DNA of 64,000 nt from Burkholderiales bacterium (GTDB lineage Bacteria; Pseudomonadota; Gammaproteobacteria; Burkholderiales; SG8-39). Made by a program: the position numbers and the translations under genes. The notes under the pieces were generated by a model. It was not told the origin of the DNA, searched no databases, and was given only the letters and a program-made list of their open reading frames with translations. Location of the stretch: NCBI GenBank assembly GCA_035702665.1, contig DASSQD010000069.1, positions 14,201 through 78,200 on the forward strand, in the 5' to 3' direction. Positions 1 through 13,395 of this stretch are shown here, piece after piece; the first letter of the stretch is position 1; each line of letters begins with the position of its first letter.

Positions 1-2
1 CC

Positions 3-1502
3 GCGATGCTCGCCGCGGCCAGCATCGGCGCCGCCTTCTCGACCTGCTCGCCCGATTTCGGAGTCCGGGGCGTGCTCGATCGCTTCGGGCAGATTTCGCC
101 CAAGGTGCTGTTCGCCGCGGACGGCTACTTCTACAACGGCAAGGAGATCGACTCGCTCGGAAGGGTGGGCGAGATCGCCGCAGGCCTTGCCAGCCTGAAA
201 CGCGTCGTGATCGTGCCCTACGTGGGCGACCGGCCGGACGCGAACCGGGTTCCCGGCGGACAGCGGTTCGACGATTTCATCGCCCCCAAGAAGGGCGGCG
301 ACATCCGCTTCGAGCAACTTCCTTTCGACCATCCCCTGTACATCCTCTTCTCCTCCGGCACTACGGGCGTACCGAAGTGCATCGTGCACGGAGCTGGGGG
401 GGCGCTCCTCAAGCATCTGTGCGAGCAGCAGCTGCACTGCGACATCAAGCCCGGGGATCGGTTGTTCTACTTCACGACGCTCGGCTGGATGATGTGGAAC
501 TGGCTGGCCTCCGGCCTCGCCTCGGGCGCGACGCTGCTCCTCTACGACGGCTCCCCCTTCGTCGCGGAGGGCCGGATTCTCTTCGACTACGCGGACGCTG
601 AGGGGGCGACGCACTTCGGCACTTCCGCCAAGTTTCTCGACGCCGCCGCGAAGGCGGGCGTCGATCCGGCGAGAACGCACAGGCTGGAGCCCCTGCGCAC
701 GGTGCTCTCGACGGGATCGCCGCTCGCGCCCGAGGGGTTCGACTTCGTGTACCGGTCGATCAAGCGCGACGTGTGCCTGTCCTCGATCTCCGGGGGGACC
801 GACATCTGCGGCTGCTTCGTGCTCGGTAATCCGATCCTTCCGGTATGGCGGGGCGAGATTCAGTGCCGCGCCCTCGGGCTCAAGGTAGAGGTCTTCGACG
901 AGGGCGGGCGCCCGGTCGAGGGTGAGAAGGGCGAGCTCGTCTGCACCAGGCCGTTCCCCTCGATGCCCTTGGGGTTCTGGAACGATCCCGGCGGGGAGAA
1001 ATACCGCGCCGCGTATTTCGAGAGGTTTCCGGGCGTGTGGACCCACGGCGACTGGTGCGAGCTCACCGTGCACGGCGGGATGATCATCTACGGCCGCTCG
1101 GATGCGGTGCTTAACCCGGGTGGCGTGCGCATCGGAACGGCCGAGATCTATCGCCAGGTCGAGCAGCTGGACGAGGTGGTCGAGTCGATCGTGATCGGCC
1201 AGACCTGGCCGCCGGGAGAGATCGGCGACGTGCGGGTGGTGCTGTTCGTCAAGCTCCGCCAGGGCTGCGAGCTCGACGACGCGCTGATCGCCAGGATCAA
1301 GTCGAAGATACGCGAGAACACGACGCCGCGGCACGTGCCGGCGAAAGTTCTCCAGGTGCGGGACATTCCGCGCACCAAGTCGAACAAGATCGTCGAGCTG
1401 GCGGTGCGCGAGGTGGTGCACGGCCGGCCGGTGAAGAACGTCGAGGCCCTCGCCAATCCCGAGGCGCTGGAGTATTTCCGGAACCGGCCCGAGCTGGCCT
1501 AG
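3..1502 (+). CDS. acetoacetyl-CoA synthetase (ANL-family ligase), 5' end cut by window edge
   Basis: Frame is open to the window start. Carries the AMP-binding motif [17 protein letters not shown], then [20 protein letters not shown] and a C-terminal [10 protein letters not shown], typical of acetoacetate-CoA ligases. Confidence 0.8.
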   Translation, partial: AMLAAASIGAAFSTCSPDFGVRGVLDRFGQISPKVLFAADGYFYNGKEIDSLGRVGEIAAGLASLKRVVIVPYVGDRPDANRVPGGQRFDDFIAPKKGGDIRFEQLPFDHPLYILFSSGTTGVPKCIVHGAGGALLKHLCEQQLHCDIKPGDRLFYFTTLGWMMWNWLASGLASGATLLLYDGSPFVAEGRILFDYADAEGATHFGTSAKFLDAAAKAGVDPARTHRLEPLRTVLSTGSPLAPEGFDFVYRSIKRDVCLSSISGGTDICGCFVLGNPILPVWRGEIQCRALGLKVEVFDEGGRPVEGEKGELVCTRPFPSMPLGFWNDPGGEKYRAAYFERFPGVWTHGDWCELTVHGGMIIYGRSDAVLNPGGVRIGTAEIYRQVEQLDEVVESIVIGQTWPPGEIGDVRVVLFVKLRQGCELDDALIARIKSKIRENTTPRHVPAKVLQVRDIPRTKSNKIVELAVREVVHGRPVKNVEALANPEALEYFRNRPELA

Positions 1503-5678
<4,176 letters not shown>

Positions 5679-5706
5679 AGCGGTCAGTCTATAATCCGAC
5701 CCATCC

Positions 5707-6549
5707 ATGAAACTCAGCCGGGAGCAGATCCAGCGCTTTGAGCAAGACGGATTTCTTTTCTTTCCGAGCCTCTTCCGACCCGAGGAAGTGAAGGTGCTCA
5801 CCGACGAGGTTCCGCGGCTCTACGCCCAGCGTCGGCCGGAGAACGTCCGCGAAAAGGGCGGCGACGCCGTACGGACGAATTTCGCGGCGCACTTGTACAG
5901 CCTCCCTTTCGCCAAGCTCGCGCGTCACCCGCGCATGGTCGAGCCGATCGTCCAGATCTTCGGCGAGGACGTGTACATGCACCAGTTCAAGATCAACGGC
6001 AAGATGGCGTTCGACGGTGACGTATGGCAGTGGCACCAGGACTACGGCACCTGGAAGAACGACGACTGGATGCCCGAAGCCCGCGCCATGAACATCGCGA
6101 TATTCCTCGACGAGGTCACCGAATTCAACGGACCTCTGATGTTCATCCCGGGAAGCCACGCGCGCGGCGTGCTAGACGCCCGGCACGATACTTCCACGAC
6201 CAGCTATCCCCTGTGGACGATCGACCACCGCACGATCGCGAAGCTCGTGGAGCGCGGCAGCATAGTCGCGCCGAAGGGGCCGGCCGGCTCGATGATCTTG
6301 TTCCACTCATGCCTGGTCCACGCTTCGACATCGAATCTTTCTCCCTGGAACCGTGTGAGCGTGTACTTGAGCCTGTGCGCGGTGTCGAACCATATCCGGC
6401 GCTTCAAACGTCCCGAGTACATCGCGCATCGGGACTTCGCCCCCATTCAGTGTCTGCCGGACGATTGCCTGCTGAAGGATTATCCGGTTCCGCTCCCCTG
6501 GAAAGACGGTACGCCCGCCGAAGCGCTTCAGCCTTCCGTCGCGGCGTAG
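5707..6549 (+). CDS. Fe(II)/2-oxoglutarate dioxygenase, PhyH family, ectoine-hydroxylase-related
   Basis: WQWHQDYGTWKNDDWMP resembles the EctD signature WHSDFETWHxEDG[ML]P. Has an HxD plus distal His (LVHAS) facial triad. Confidence 0.7.
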   Translation: MKLSREQIQRFEQDGFLFFPSLFRPEEVKVLTDEVPRLYAQRRPENVREKGGDAVRTNFAAHLYSLPFAKLARHPRMVEPIVQIFGEDVYMHQFKINGKMAFDGDVWQWHQDYGTWKNDDWMPEARAMNIAIFLDEVTEFNGPLMFIPGSHARGVLDARHDTSTTSYPLWTIDHRTIAKLVERGSIVAPKGPAGSMILFHSCLVHASTSNLSPWNRVSVYLSLCAVSNHIRRFKRPEYIAHRDFAPIQCLPDDCLLKDYPVPLPWKDGTPAEALQPSVAA

Positions 6550-6552
6550 TCC

Positions 6553-7926
6553 GTGAACCTGCACGCTAAACTGCAGGAGCGCGAAGCGCAGGGGAGACCA
6601 CTGCGCGTCGGGGTCATCGGGGCGGGCAAATTCGCGGCGATGTATCTCGCGCAGACGCCCCGCACCCCGGGCGTGCACGTTGCCGGCATCGCCGACCTCT
6701 CGCCCGCGGGGGTGCGTACCAACCTCGCCCGCGTGGGATGGAGGCCGGAGAGCTGGGCTGCCGCGTCTCTGGACGCTGCGCTGAAGGAGCGGCGCACGCA
6801 TGTGTCGGACGACTGGGAAGCGCTGGTCTCCCATCCTCACATCGACATCGTGATCGAGGCGACCGGGAATCCGGTGGCGGCCGTCAGGCATGCGCTTGCG
6901 GCTTTTCGTAACCGCAAGCACGTCATCATGGTCACCGTGGAGGCCGACGCAGTCTGCGGTCCGCTGCTTGCCCGAAGAGCGCGCGACGCCGGAGTGGTGT
7001 ACAGCCTCGCGTATGGTGATCAGCCGGCGATCATCTGCGATCTGGTCGATTGGGCGCGCGCCGCCGGTTTTCCCGTCGTCGCCGCAGGGCGTGGCCACAA
7101 GTGGCTTCCTCATTTCGCGCAATCGACGCCCGAGACAGTGTGGCAGCACTACGGGTTGACGCCGGAGCAGGCGCGTATCGGCGGCCTGAATCCGAAAATG
7201 TTCAACTCGTTCCTGGACGGCTCGAAACCCGCGATCGAATGCACCGCGGTATGCAATGCGACCGGGCTGACGCCGGCCCCGGAAGGCCTGACGTACCCGA
7301 GCGCGTCGATCGACGGGCTTCCCGGCCTCATGCGGCCGCGATCGGAGGGAGGGTGCCTGCACCACAAGGGCCAGGTCGAGGTGGTGTCCTCGTTGGAGCG
7401 CGACGGAGGGGCGATCGCCTACGACATTCGCTTCGGCGTTTGGGTAGTATTCGAGGGAGAATCGGACTATATCCGCCGCTGCTTCACGGAATATGGTGTT
7501 CGCACCGACCCCTCCGGCCGCTATGCGTGCATGTACAAGCGTTGGCATCTTATCGGCCTGGAAGTCGGAGTTTCCGTGGCCTCCGTGGGGGTGAGGGGGG
7601 AGGCCACTGGCTGCCCGACCGGCTTTCGCGCAGACGCCGTGGCAAGCGCCAAGCGTGACCTCGTGGCAGGGGAATTGCTTGACGGTGAAGGGGGTTACAC
7701 GGTGGTCGGGAGGCTGATGCCGGCGCCTGATTCGCTCCGCCTGGGGGCCCTGCCCCTGGGCCTTGCGCACCAAGCTAGGCTGGTGAATCCCGTGAGGGCC
7801 GGCGCGCCGGTGCTATGGAGCGACGTGGCAATCGACGCATCCAGCGACGCCGTCAGGTTACGGCGCGAAATGGAGGTCGCGTTCGCGGCACCGCGGAAAA
7901 ATCCCGCGCATGACAGCGTGGTATGA
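6553..7926 (+). CDS. NAD(P)-binding oxidoreductase with C-terminal SAF domain (COG4091-like, homoserine-dehydrogenase-like)
   Basis: Rossmann N-terminus LRVGVIGAGKFAAMY, 457 aa. GTG start lies 3 nt after the dioxygenase stop. Confidence 0.55.
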   Translation: MNLHAKLQEREAQGRPLRVGVIGAGKFAAMYLAQTPRTPGVHVAGIADLSPAGVRTNLARVGWRPESWAAASLDAALKERRTHVSDDWEALVSHPHIDIVIEATGNPVAAVRHALAAFRNRKHVIMVTVEADAVCGPLLARRARDAGVVYSLAYGDQPAIICDLVDWARAAGFPVVAAGRGHKWLPHFAQSTPETVWQHYGLTPEQARIGGLNPKMFNSFLDGSKPAIECTAVCNATGLTPAPEGLTYPSASIDGLPGLMRPRSEGGCLHHKGQVEVVSSLERDGGAIAYDIRFGVWVVFEGESDYIRRCFTEYGVRTDPSGRYACMYKRWHLIGLEVGVSVASVGVRGEATGCPTGFRADAVASAKRDLVAGELLDGEGGYTVVGRLMPAPDSLRLGALPLGLAHQARLVNPVRAGAPVLWSDVAIDASSDAVRLRREMEVAFAAPRKNPAHDSVV

Positions 7927-8042
7927 CGGAAACATAACGATTTGGAATTCCTCGCCATTTCGAAGCAAATATAGTGTAATGCGAAGTTCGGGGAGGGGAG
8001 CTGGCCGGAGGTCGCCGGCTCCAGTTCCGGGGCAGGGAAATC

Positions 8043-9152
8043 ATGAAAACCACCACATCCAGACCGCTGACGCTTGTCCACGATTCGGTCGAGGCCAAAC
8101 TTGCGCCTCTAAAGATCCTGGTCATTGACGACCAGTCGACCGGGCGCATCGTCCTCAGCGAGATCATGCGGGGCTTGGACGCGAGTCTCGAGGTCACCAC
8201 GTTCGCCGATCCGCTCGAGGCCATCGAGTTCGCGCGCAGGCATCCGGTGGACATGGTGCTCACCGACTACAAGATGCCCAGCCTGGACGGAATCGAGGTG
8301 ATCCGCCGGCTGCGCCGCATTTTCGGCTATGAAGACGTTCCCATCGTCTGTATCACGGTCGTCAACGATCGCGAGGTCAGGTATCGTGCCCTGGAAGCCG
8401 GAGCGACCGATTTCCTCATTCGGCCCATCGATCGGCTGGAATGCGGCGCGCGCTGCCGCAATCTCCTGAGCCTGCGCCGCCACGAGATCCTGAAGAAGAA
8501 CCGCACCCGTATTCTCGAGCAGAAGATCGACGAGGCGACCCGCGAGTTGCGCCGGCGCGAAGTCGAGACCTTGTTCCGGCTCGCCAAGGCGGCCGAGCAG
8601 CGCGACAAGGTGACCGGGATGCACTTGGTGCGCATGGCCAAGTATTCGGCTCTCATCGCCAAGGGCGTAGGTCTGTCGGCGGCCGAGCAGGACGCGATCG
8701 AGCTCGCAGCGCCGATGCACGACATCGGCAAAATCGGGATTCCCGACCGCATCCTCCAGAATCCGGGTAGGCTCGACGGTCACGATCTGCGGGTCATGCA
8801 ATCGCACGCGCGCATCGGCTATGACATGCTCAAGGACAGCTCGTCGGGCTATCTGCAAATGGCCGCCGTGATCGCGCTCGGTCATCACGAGAAGTACGAC
8901 GGCAGCGGCTATCCGACCGGTCTCAGAGGCGAGCATATCCCGCTGGAGGCGCGAATCGTCGCGATCGCGGATGTCTATGATGCCCTGACCTCGGTGCGCC
9001 CCTACAAGCCGGCGTGGCCGGTCGAGGAGGCGCTCGCGTACATGGACGAGCACGCCGGTCGCCACTTCGATCCGAAGCTCGTCGAGATTCTCGCGCGCGA
9101 ACGCGAGGAGGTTCTTTCCATCGGCGAGCGATTCGCCGACCAGGTCGAATAG
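8043..9152 (+). CDS. rpfG: response regulator with HD-GYP c-di-GMP phosphodiesterase domain (RpfG-type)
   Basis: REC domain (ILVIDDQ..DMVLTDYKMPSLDG) followed by HD-GYP (MHDIGKIGIPD..HHEKYDGSGYPTGL). Confidence 0.85.
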   Translation: MKTTTSRPLTLVHDSVEAKLAPLKILVIDDQSTGRIVLSEIMRGLDASLEVTTFADPLEAIEFARRHPVDMVLTDYKMPSLDGIEVIRRLRRIFGYEDVPIVCITVVNDREVRYRALEAGATDFLIRPIDRLECGARCRNLLSLRRHEILKKNRTRILEQKIDEATRELRRREVETLFRLAKAAEQRDKVTGMHLVRMAKYSALIAKGVGLSAAEQDAIELAAPMHDIGKIGIPDRILQNPGRLDGHDLRVMQSHARIGYDMLKDSSSGYLQMAAVIALGHHEKYDGSGYPTGLRGEHIPLEARIVAIADVYDALTSVRPYKPAWPVEEALAYMDEHAGRHFDPKLVEILAREREEVLSIGERFADQVE

Positions 9153-9166
9153 CCGGGAACCGGCCC

Positions 9167-11674
9167 ATGGCGGAATCGCTCTTCGCGCGTCTGCGGAGCC
9201 GCTTCATCAGCCAGAGTGACACCGAACTCGAGCAGGCGAAGCTGCGCCTGGGCGTCGGGCTGGTGCTCTTCCTCTACCTGCTGCCGCACGTTCTGGACGA
9301 GCGTGGGCCGAACTTGCTGCTTTTCACGGCGATGGCCTGCTACCTCGCGCTGTGCGTGACGGTCTTCGCCTGGATCTACGCCTCGCCCGCGGCTTCTGCA
9401 GCGCGTCGCGTCTTCGCAGCGTTCGTGGACATCGGCTCGACGTCGGCGTTCATGTATTACCTGGGCGAATCCGGGGCGGTCCTGTACACCTTCTACCTGT
9501 TGATCATGTTCGGCCACGGCTTCCGCTACGGAAAGCCCTATCTGTACAACGCCCTGGGACTGAGTCTCCTCGGCTTCGGACTGGTCCTCTATTACAGTGC
9601 GTATTGGATCGAGAATCGCACGCTGGGGCTCGGTCTTCTCCTCGGCATGATCCTGCTGGCGCTGTGGGTGGGAAAGATGGTGACCCAGTTGTTCGATTCG
9701 CTGCGGCGGGAGGAGGCCGCGAACCAGGCGAAACGCAGATTCCTGTCGACCGTCAGCCACGAGATGCGCACGCCGCTGAACGCGATCATCGGCATGAACG
9801 ATCTGCTGCGCGACACGCCCCTGAATGCGGAGCAGACGGAGATGGTCAAGGCGATGCACGAGGCATCGCACTCCATGTTGAAGCTGATCGAGGACGTCCT
9901 AGACATCTCGAAGATCGAGGCCGGCAAGGTCAACATCGAGGAGACCGACTTCGATCTTCACAGCCTCATCAACGGCACCGCGGTGGTGCTCGGTCCGCAA
10001 GCCGAGATCCGCGGCTTGCAGTTTCGGGCGCACGTGATGCCGGAGGTCCCGCATGCCTTACGAGGCGATCCCTACCATCTGCGCCAGGTGCTCTACAACC
10101 TGATCGGCAACGGCATCAAGTTCACCCAAGCGGGCAGTGTCACGCTTACGGTCTCGAGCCTGGGTGAGAGCGAGCACGCGGTCCGCCTGAGATTCGCCAT
10201 CGAAGACACGGGCATCGGCATCGCCCCCGACGCGCAGGACCGGATCTTCGAGAGCTTTACGCAGGCGGACGAATCGACCACGCGCCGCTACGGCGGCACT
10301 GGACTCGGAACCACGATCTCGAAGCAGCTGGTCGAGATGATGGGCGGCCAGATAGGATTGCAGAGCACGTTGGGCAAGGGCAGCACGTTCTGGTTCGAGC
10401 TTCAGCTCAAGAAGCAGGTCGTGGGTCAGGTTCCGGAGGCCACCTTCCGGCTGAACGACATTCGCATCATGCTCCTTGGCTTCGCCGAAACCGAGTTGCG
10501 GGTACTGGAGCACGACCTCGCGACTTGGGGAGCGCGTACCGGGCGCGAGGCGGGACTGGAGGCGGCCGGGGCGCGGCTCGCTGAAGCGCAGTCGCTCGGG
10601 CATCCCTACCACCTCGTCCTGGTTCGCGAAGCCGAGGAAATCGATCCGGCACGGATCGTCGCCCGGCTGCAGAGCGTGCGGGGACAGAAGCATCCGCCGC
10701 TCGTGCTCTGCACGCGCGGAGTGTCCCCCGATCGCAGCAGCGAAGCCCTGGCCGGCGGCTTCGTGGCGGTGCTCGAGATGCCGTTCAAGAAGCGGCTCCT
10801 GTTCAACGTCATCCACTCCGCCACGGCCATTCAGGAGAGCCAGGAAGGCGTCATCTCGCTCAGCGACTACTACGCTGCGCGCGACGCCAACAAGCGCCGC
10901 TACCAGATACTGGTGGCGGAGGACAATGCGGTCAATCAGCGCGTCATCCTGGGGATACTCGAGCGCGCCGGGCACCGCGTCAAGGTCGTGGGGGACGGGG
11001 AGCAGGCATTGGATGTGCTGGAGAACGAACGCTTCGATGTGGTCATCATGGATCTGAACATGCCGGAGCTCGGCGGACTGGACGCCGCCCGGGCCTACCG
11101 CTTCATGGATCCGGAGGCCGTGCACGTTCCTATCATCATGCTGTCCGCGGACGTCACGGCGGAGGCGCGAAAGGAATGCGAGGAAGCCGGGATCGACGCG
11201 TTCCTGTCCAAGCCGGTGGAGGCTCGCCGGCTGCTCGACACCATCGCCAGCCTGATCGCCAAGCGCGCAAGCGATCGGGAGGCCGCGGCCGACAGCGCCG
11301 GGGAAGTCGAGGCGATGGTCGTGAACCCGGCGGCGTTGACCGAGCTCGAGCTGATCGGTTCCGGCAGCACCTTCATGCCGGAGCTGGTCAACGGATTCAT
11401 CCAGGACGGCGAGGCGCTGCTCAGGCAGATGGAAGCGGCTATCGCCGCGAAGCAGTACGACACGCTCAAGGACCTGGTGCACGCGATGAAGGGCTCGGCA
11501 GTGACCCTGGGCGCCGATCAGCTGTGCAAGACCTGCGTTGGAATCAACGCGCAGACGAGCGCCGAGTTGGAGGCGAACGGACCCAGGGTGCTGAAGCTCG
11601 TACGCGAGCATTTCCTGCAGGCGCGCACTTCGCTCCTGGAGTATCTCAAGCAAAGCCAAAGCGCGGCGCGCTAG
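9167..11674 (+). CDS. rpfC: hybrid sensor histidine kinase RpfC-type (multi-TM input, HisKA, HATPase, REC, HPt)
   Basis: TM input region with FYLLIMFGHGFRYGKPYLY (RpfC-like motif). H-box STVSHEMRTPLN, REC DVVIMDLNMPELGG, HPt HAMKGSAVTLGA. ATG 9167 chosen; the 9014 extension overlaps rpfG. Confidence 0.85.
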   Translation: MAESLFARLRSRFISQSDTELEQAKLRLGVGLVLFLYLLPHVLDERGPNLLLFTAMACYLALCVTVFAWIYASPAASAARRVFAAFVDIGSTSAFMYYLGESGAVLYTFYLLIMFGHGFRYGKPYLYNALGLSLLGFGLVLYYSAYWIENRTLGLGLLLGMILLALWVGKMVTQLFDSLRREEAANQAKRRFLSTVSHEMRTPLNAIIGMNDLLRDTPLNAEQTEMVKAMHEASHSMLKLIEDVLDISKIEAGKVNIEETDFDLHSLINGTAVVLGPQAEIRGLQFRAHVMPEVPHALRGDPYHLRQVLYNLIGNGIKFTQAGSVTLTVSSLGESEHAVRLRFAIEDTGIGIAPDAQDRIFESFTQADESTTRRYGGTGLGTTISKQLVEMMGGQIGLQSTLGKGSTFWFELQLKKQVVGQVPEATFRLNDIRIMLLGFAETELRVLEHDLATWGARTGREAGLEAAGARLAEAQSLGHPYHLVLVREAEEIDPARIVARLQSVRGQKHPPLVLCTRGVSPDRSSEALAGGFVAVLEMPFKKRLLFNVIHSATAIQESQEGVISLSDYYAARDANKRRYQILVAEDNAVNQRVILGILERAGHRVKVVGDGEQALDVLENERFDVVIMDLNMPELGGLDAARAYRFMDPEAVHVPIIMLSADVTAEARKECEEAGIDAFLSKPVEARRLLDTIASLIAKRASDREAAADSAGEVEAMVVNPAALTELELIGSGSTFMPELVNGFIQDGEALLRQMEAAIAAKQYDTLKDLVHAMKGSAVTLGADQLCKTCVGINAQTSAELEANGPRVLKLVREHFLQARTSLLEYLKQSQSAAR

Positions 11675-11696
11675 CGCGCGCAAGGCCCGTCAGTTA

Positions 11697-11960
11697 ATGA
11701 TCGATCCAGCGCTGCGCGACCAGGTAATCCGCCGCCTCCTTGCCGCGTCCGATGCCAAAGTCGCCGCTAAGGACGTCGCCGACGCGACCTCGCTCCGCGA
11801 CGACCTCGACATCAGCTCCTTGATTCTCATCACCCTGGCCTCCGAGTTGGAGGACGCCTTGCGCATCGACTTCGAGGACGAGGAGCTCAGTCGCATCCGG
11901 ACGATAGGCGATCTGTTCGAGGCGATCGAGAACAGCCAGCGGCGGTCACGGTCGGCGTAA
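11697..11960 (+). CDS. acyl carrier protein, divergent (locus-specific)
   Basis: 87 aa and acidic. The Ser-containing helix-II motif is DDLDISSLILITLASELEDAL, where canonical ACPs have DSL. Second ACP in the window. Confidence 0.7.
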   Translation: MIDPALRDQVIRRLLAASDAKVAAKDVADATSLRDDLDISSLILITLASELEDALRIDFEDEELSRIRTIGDLFEAIENSQRRSRSA

Positions 11961-11974
11961 CGCGGTTCGAATCG

Positions 11975-13225
11975 ATGGCATCTCGGCGCGTGGCGATCAC
12001 CGGAGTGGGCATGATTTCGTGCCTCGGGCACGAATACGCCCAGGTCGTGAACGCCCTGCAAAGGGGCGCGAGCGGCGTCCGCGCCATGCCGGAATGGGGA
12101 CGCCTGGGCCTGAAGAGCTTGGTGGCGGGCGCGATCTCGGATGTCGACTCAAAGCTGGAACGCACGCCGATTCCCAAGAAGCTGCTTCCCGTGATGTCGG
12201 AAGCGTCCAAGTACTGCTGCATTGCGTCCCTGGACGCGGTCAGGGACTCCGGCCTTTCCGAATCCGACGTTCAATCCGACCGGACCGCGTGCATCGTCGG
12301 CACGGGAATCGGAAGCGTCGAGTCGATCTACGCTGGAGGGCGGCACGTGTATTCCGGCGAGATCGGCAAGGTCAGCCCCTTCGTCGTCCTGAGGGGCATG
12401 GCGAGCTCGTCGAGCGCGGCGGTCGCGAACCTGCTCAAGGTCCACGGACGCAGCTACTCGATCAGTTCGGCGTGCTCGACTTCCTCCCACAGCATCGGTA
12501 CGGCGTACGAGCTCATCCGCCACGGTCTCGTCGACCGCGCCGTGGCGGGCGGGGGAGAGGAAGTGCACCCGCTCATCAGCGCGGGCTTCCAGGCGCTGCG
12601 GTTCGCCCTGTCATCCAAGTACAACGACGAACCGCAGCGGGCGTCGCGCCCGTACGATCGCGACCGCGACGGGTTCGTTATAGGCGGCGGCGCAGGGATC
12701 GTCGTTCTGGAAGCGCTGGATCTCGCTCTTGCCAGAGGCGCGCGTCCGCGCGCCGAGATCATCGGATTCGGCACCAGCTCGGACGGCTTCGACATGGTGA
12801 TGCCGGAGCCGACGGGCACTCACGCCGCGAAATGCATGTTGAACGCCATCCAGGACGGCGGTATCGGTCCGGGGGAAGTCGGCGCCGTCAAGACCCACGG
12901 TACGTCGACGACGAAGGGCGACCTCGCAGAAGTGATCGCGATGAAAGCGGTGTTCGACGGACGGCTGCCCCCGTTCTCGTCGACAAAATCCATGACCGGC
13001 CATCCGCTGGGGGCGGCCGGCGCGCTCGAGACGATTTTCTGCGTGGCCATGCTGGAGAACGGATTCATCGCGCCGTCGATCAACATCGAAAACCTCGATC
13101 CCGACTTTGAGGGACTGCCTATCGTGAGCGCGGCCAGAGGGGTCGAGTTGAACACTATTCTTTCGAACAGTTTCGGCTTCGGCGGGACCAACGCCAGCCT
13201 TCTGCTGAAGGCGTTTCCAGGTTGA
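11975..13225 (+). CDS. beta-ketoacyl-ACP synthase I/II family (Cys-His-His)
   Basis: SSACSTSSHSIG (Cys), KTHGTSTTKGD (His), SMTGHPLGAAG (His), C-terminal [14 protein letters not shown]. Paralog of fabF at 39232. Confidence 0.88.
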   Translation: MASRRVAITGVGMISCLGHEYAQVVNALQRGASGVRAMPEWGRLGLKSLVAGAISDVDSKLERTPIPKKLLPVMSEASKYCCIASLDAVRDSGLSESDVQSDRTACIVGTGIGSVESIYAGGRHVYSGEIGKVSPFVVLRGMASSSSAAVANLLKVHGRSYSISSACSTSSHSIGTAYELIRHGLVDRAVAGGGEEVHPLISAGFQALRFALSSKYNDEPQRASRPYDRDRDGFVIGGGAGIVVLEALDLALARGARPRAEIIGFGTSSDGFDMVMPEPTGTHAAKCMLNAIQDGGIGPGEVGAVKTHGTSTTKGDLAEVIAMKAVFDGRLPPFSSTKSMTGHPLGAAGALETIFCVAMLENGFIAPSINIENLDPDFEGLPIVSAARGVELNTILSNSFGFGGTNASLLLKAFPG

Positions 13226-13348
13226 GGTGCGAACTCGCAGGGCCGGGCCCGGATCCGACCATGGGAGAAAGTGCTGCCGGGGCGCATCTGAACGCACCGG
13301 TCAAGACGGACCAGATCCGCCCCGGCAGGCCGCGGAATCGCGGCGAAG

Positions 13349-13383
13349 GCCGGTCCCCCTCGACGATCGGTCGGGGGACCGGC
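13349..13383. terminator. GC-rich stem-loop between convergent KAS and rpfF genes (possible bidirectional terminator)
   Basis: Perfect 11-bp inverted repeat GCCGGTCCCCC (13349-13359) / GGGGGACCGGC (13373-13383) with a 13-nt loop. No U-tract on either strand. Confidence 0.45.
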
Positions 13384-13395
13384 TCAAGGTCGTGC

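Noticed and set aside
5684-5706. TATAAT hexamer (5690-5695) 12 nt before the dioxygenase ATG, as a possible near-leaderless promoter
   Set aside because: The -35 match is poor (TCGAGA), and a single hexamer is not enough. The gene may be co-transcribed with ftsB.
9014-9166. N-terminal extension of the hybrid kinase ORF (MAGRGGARVHGRARR...)
   Set aside because: It overlaps the 3' end of rpfG, is Arg-rich and has no function-like sequence. ATG 9167 starts right after the rpfG stop and gives an RpfC-like N-terminus.
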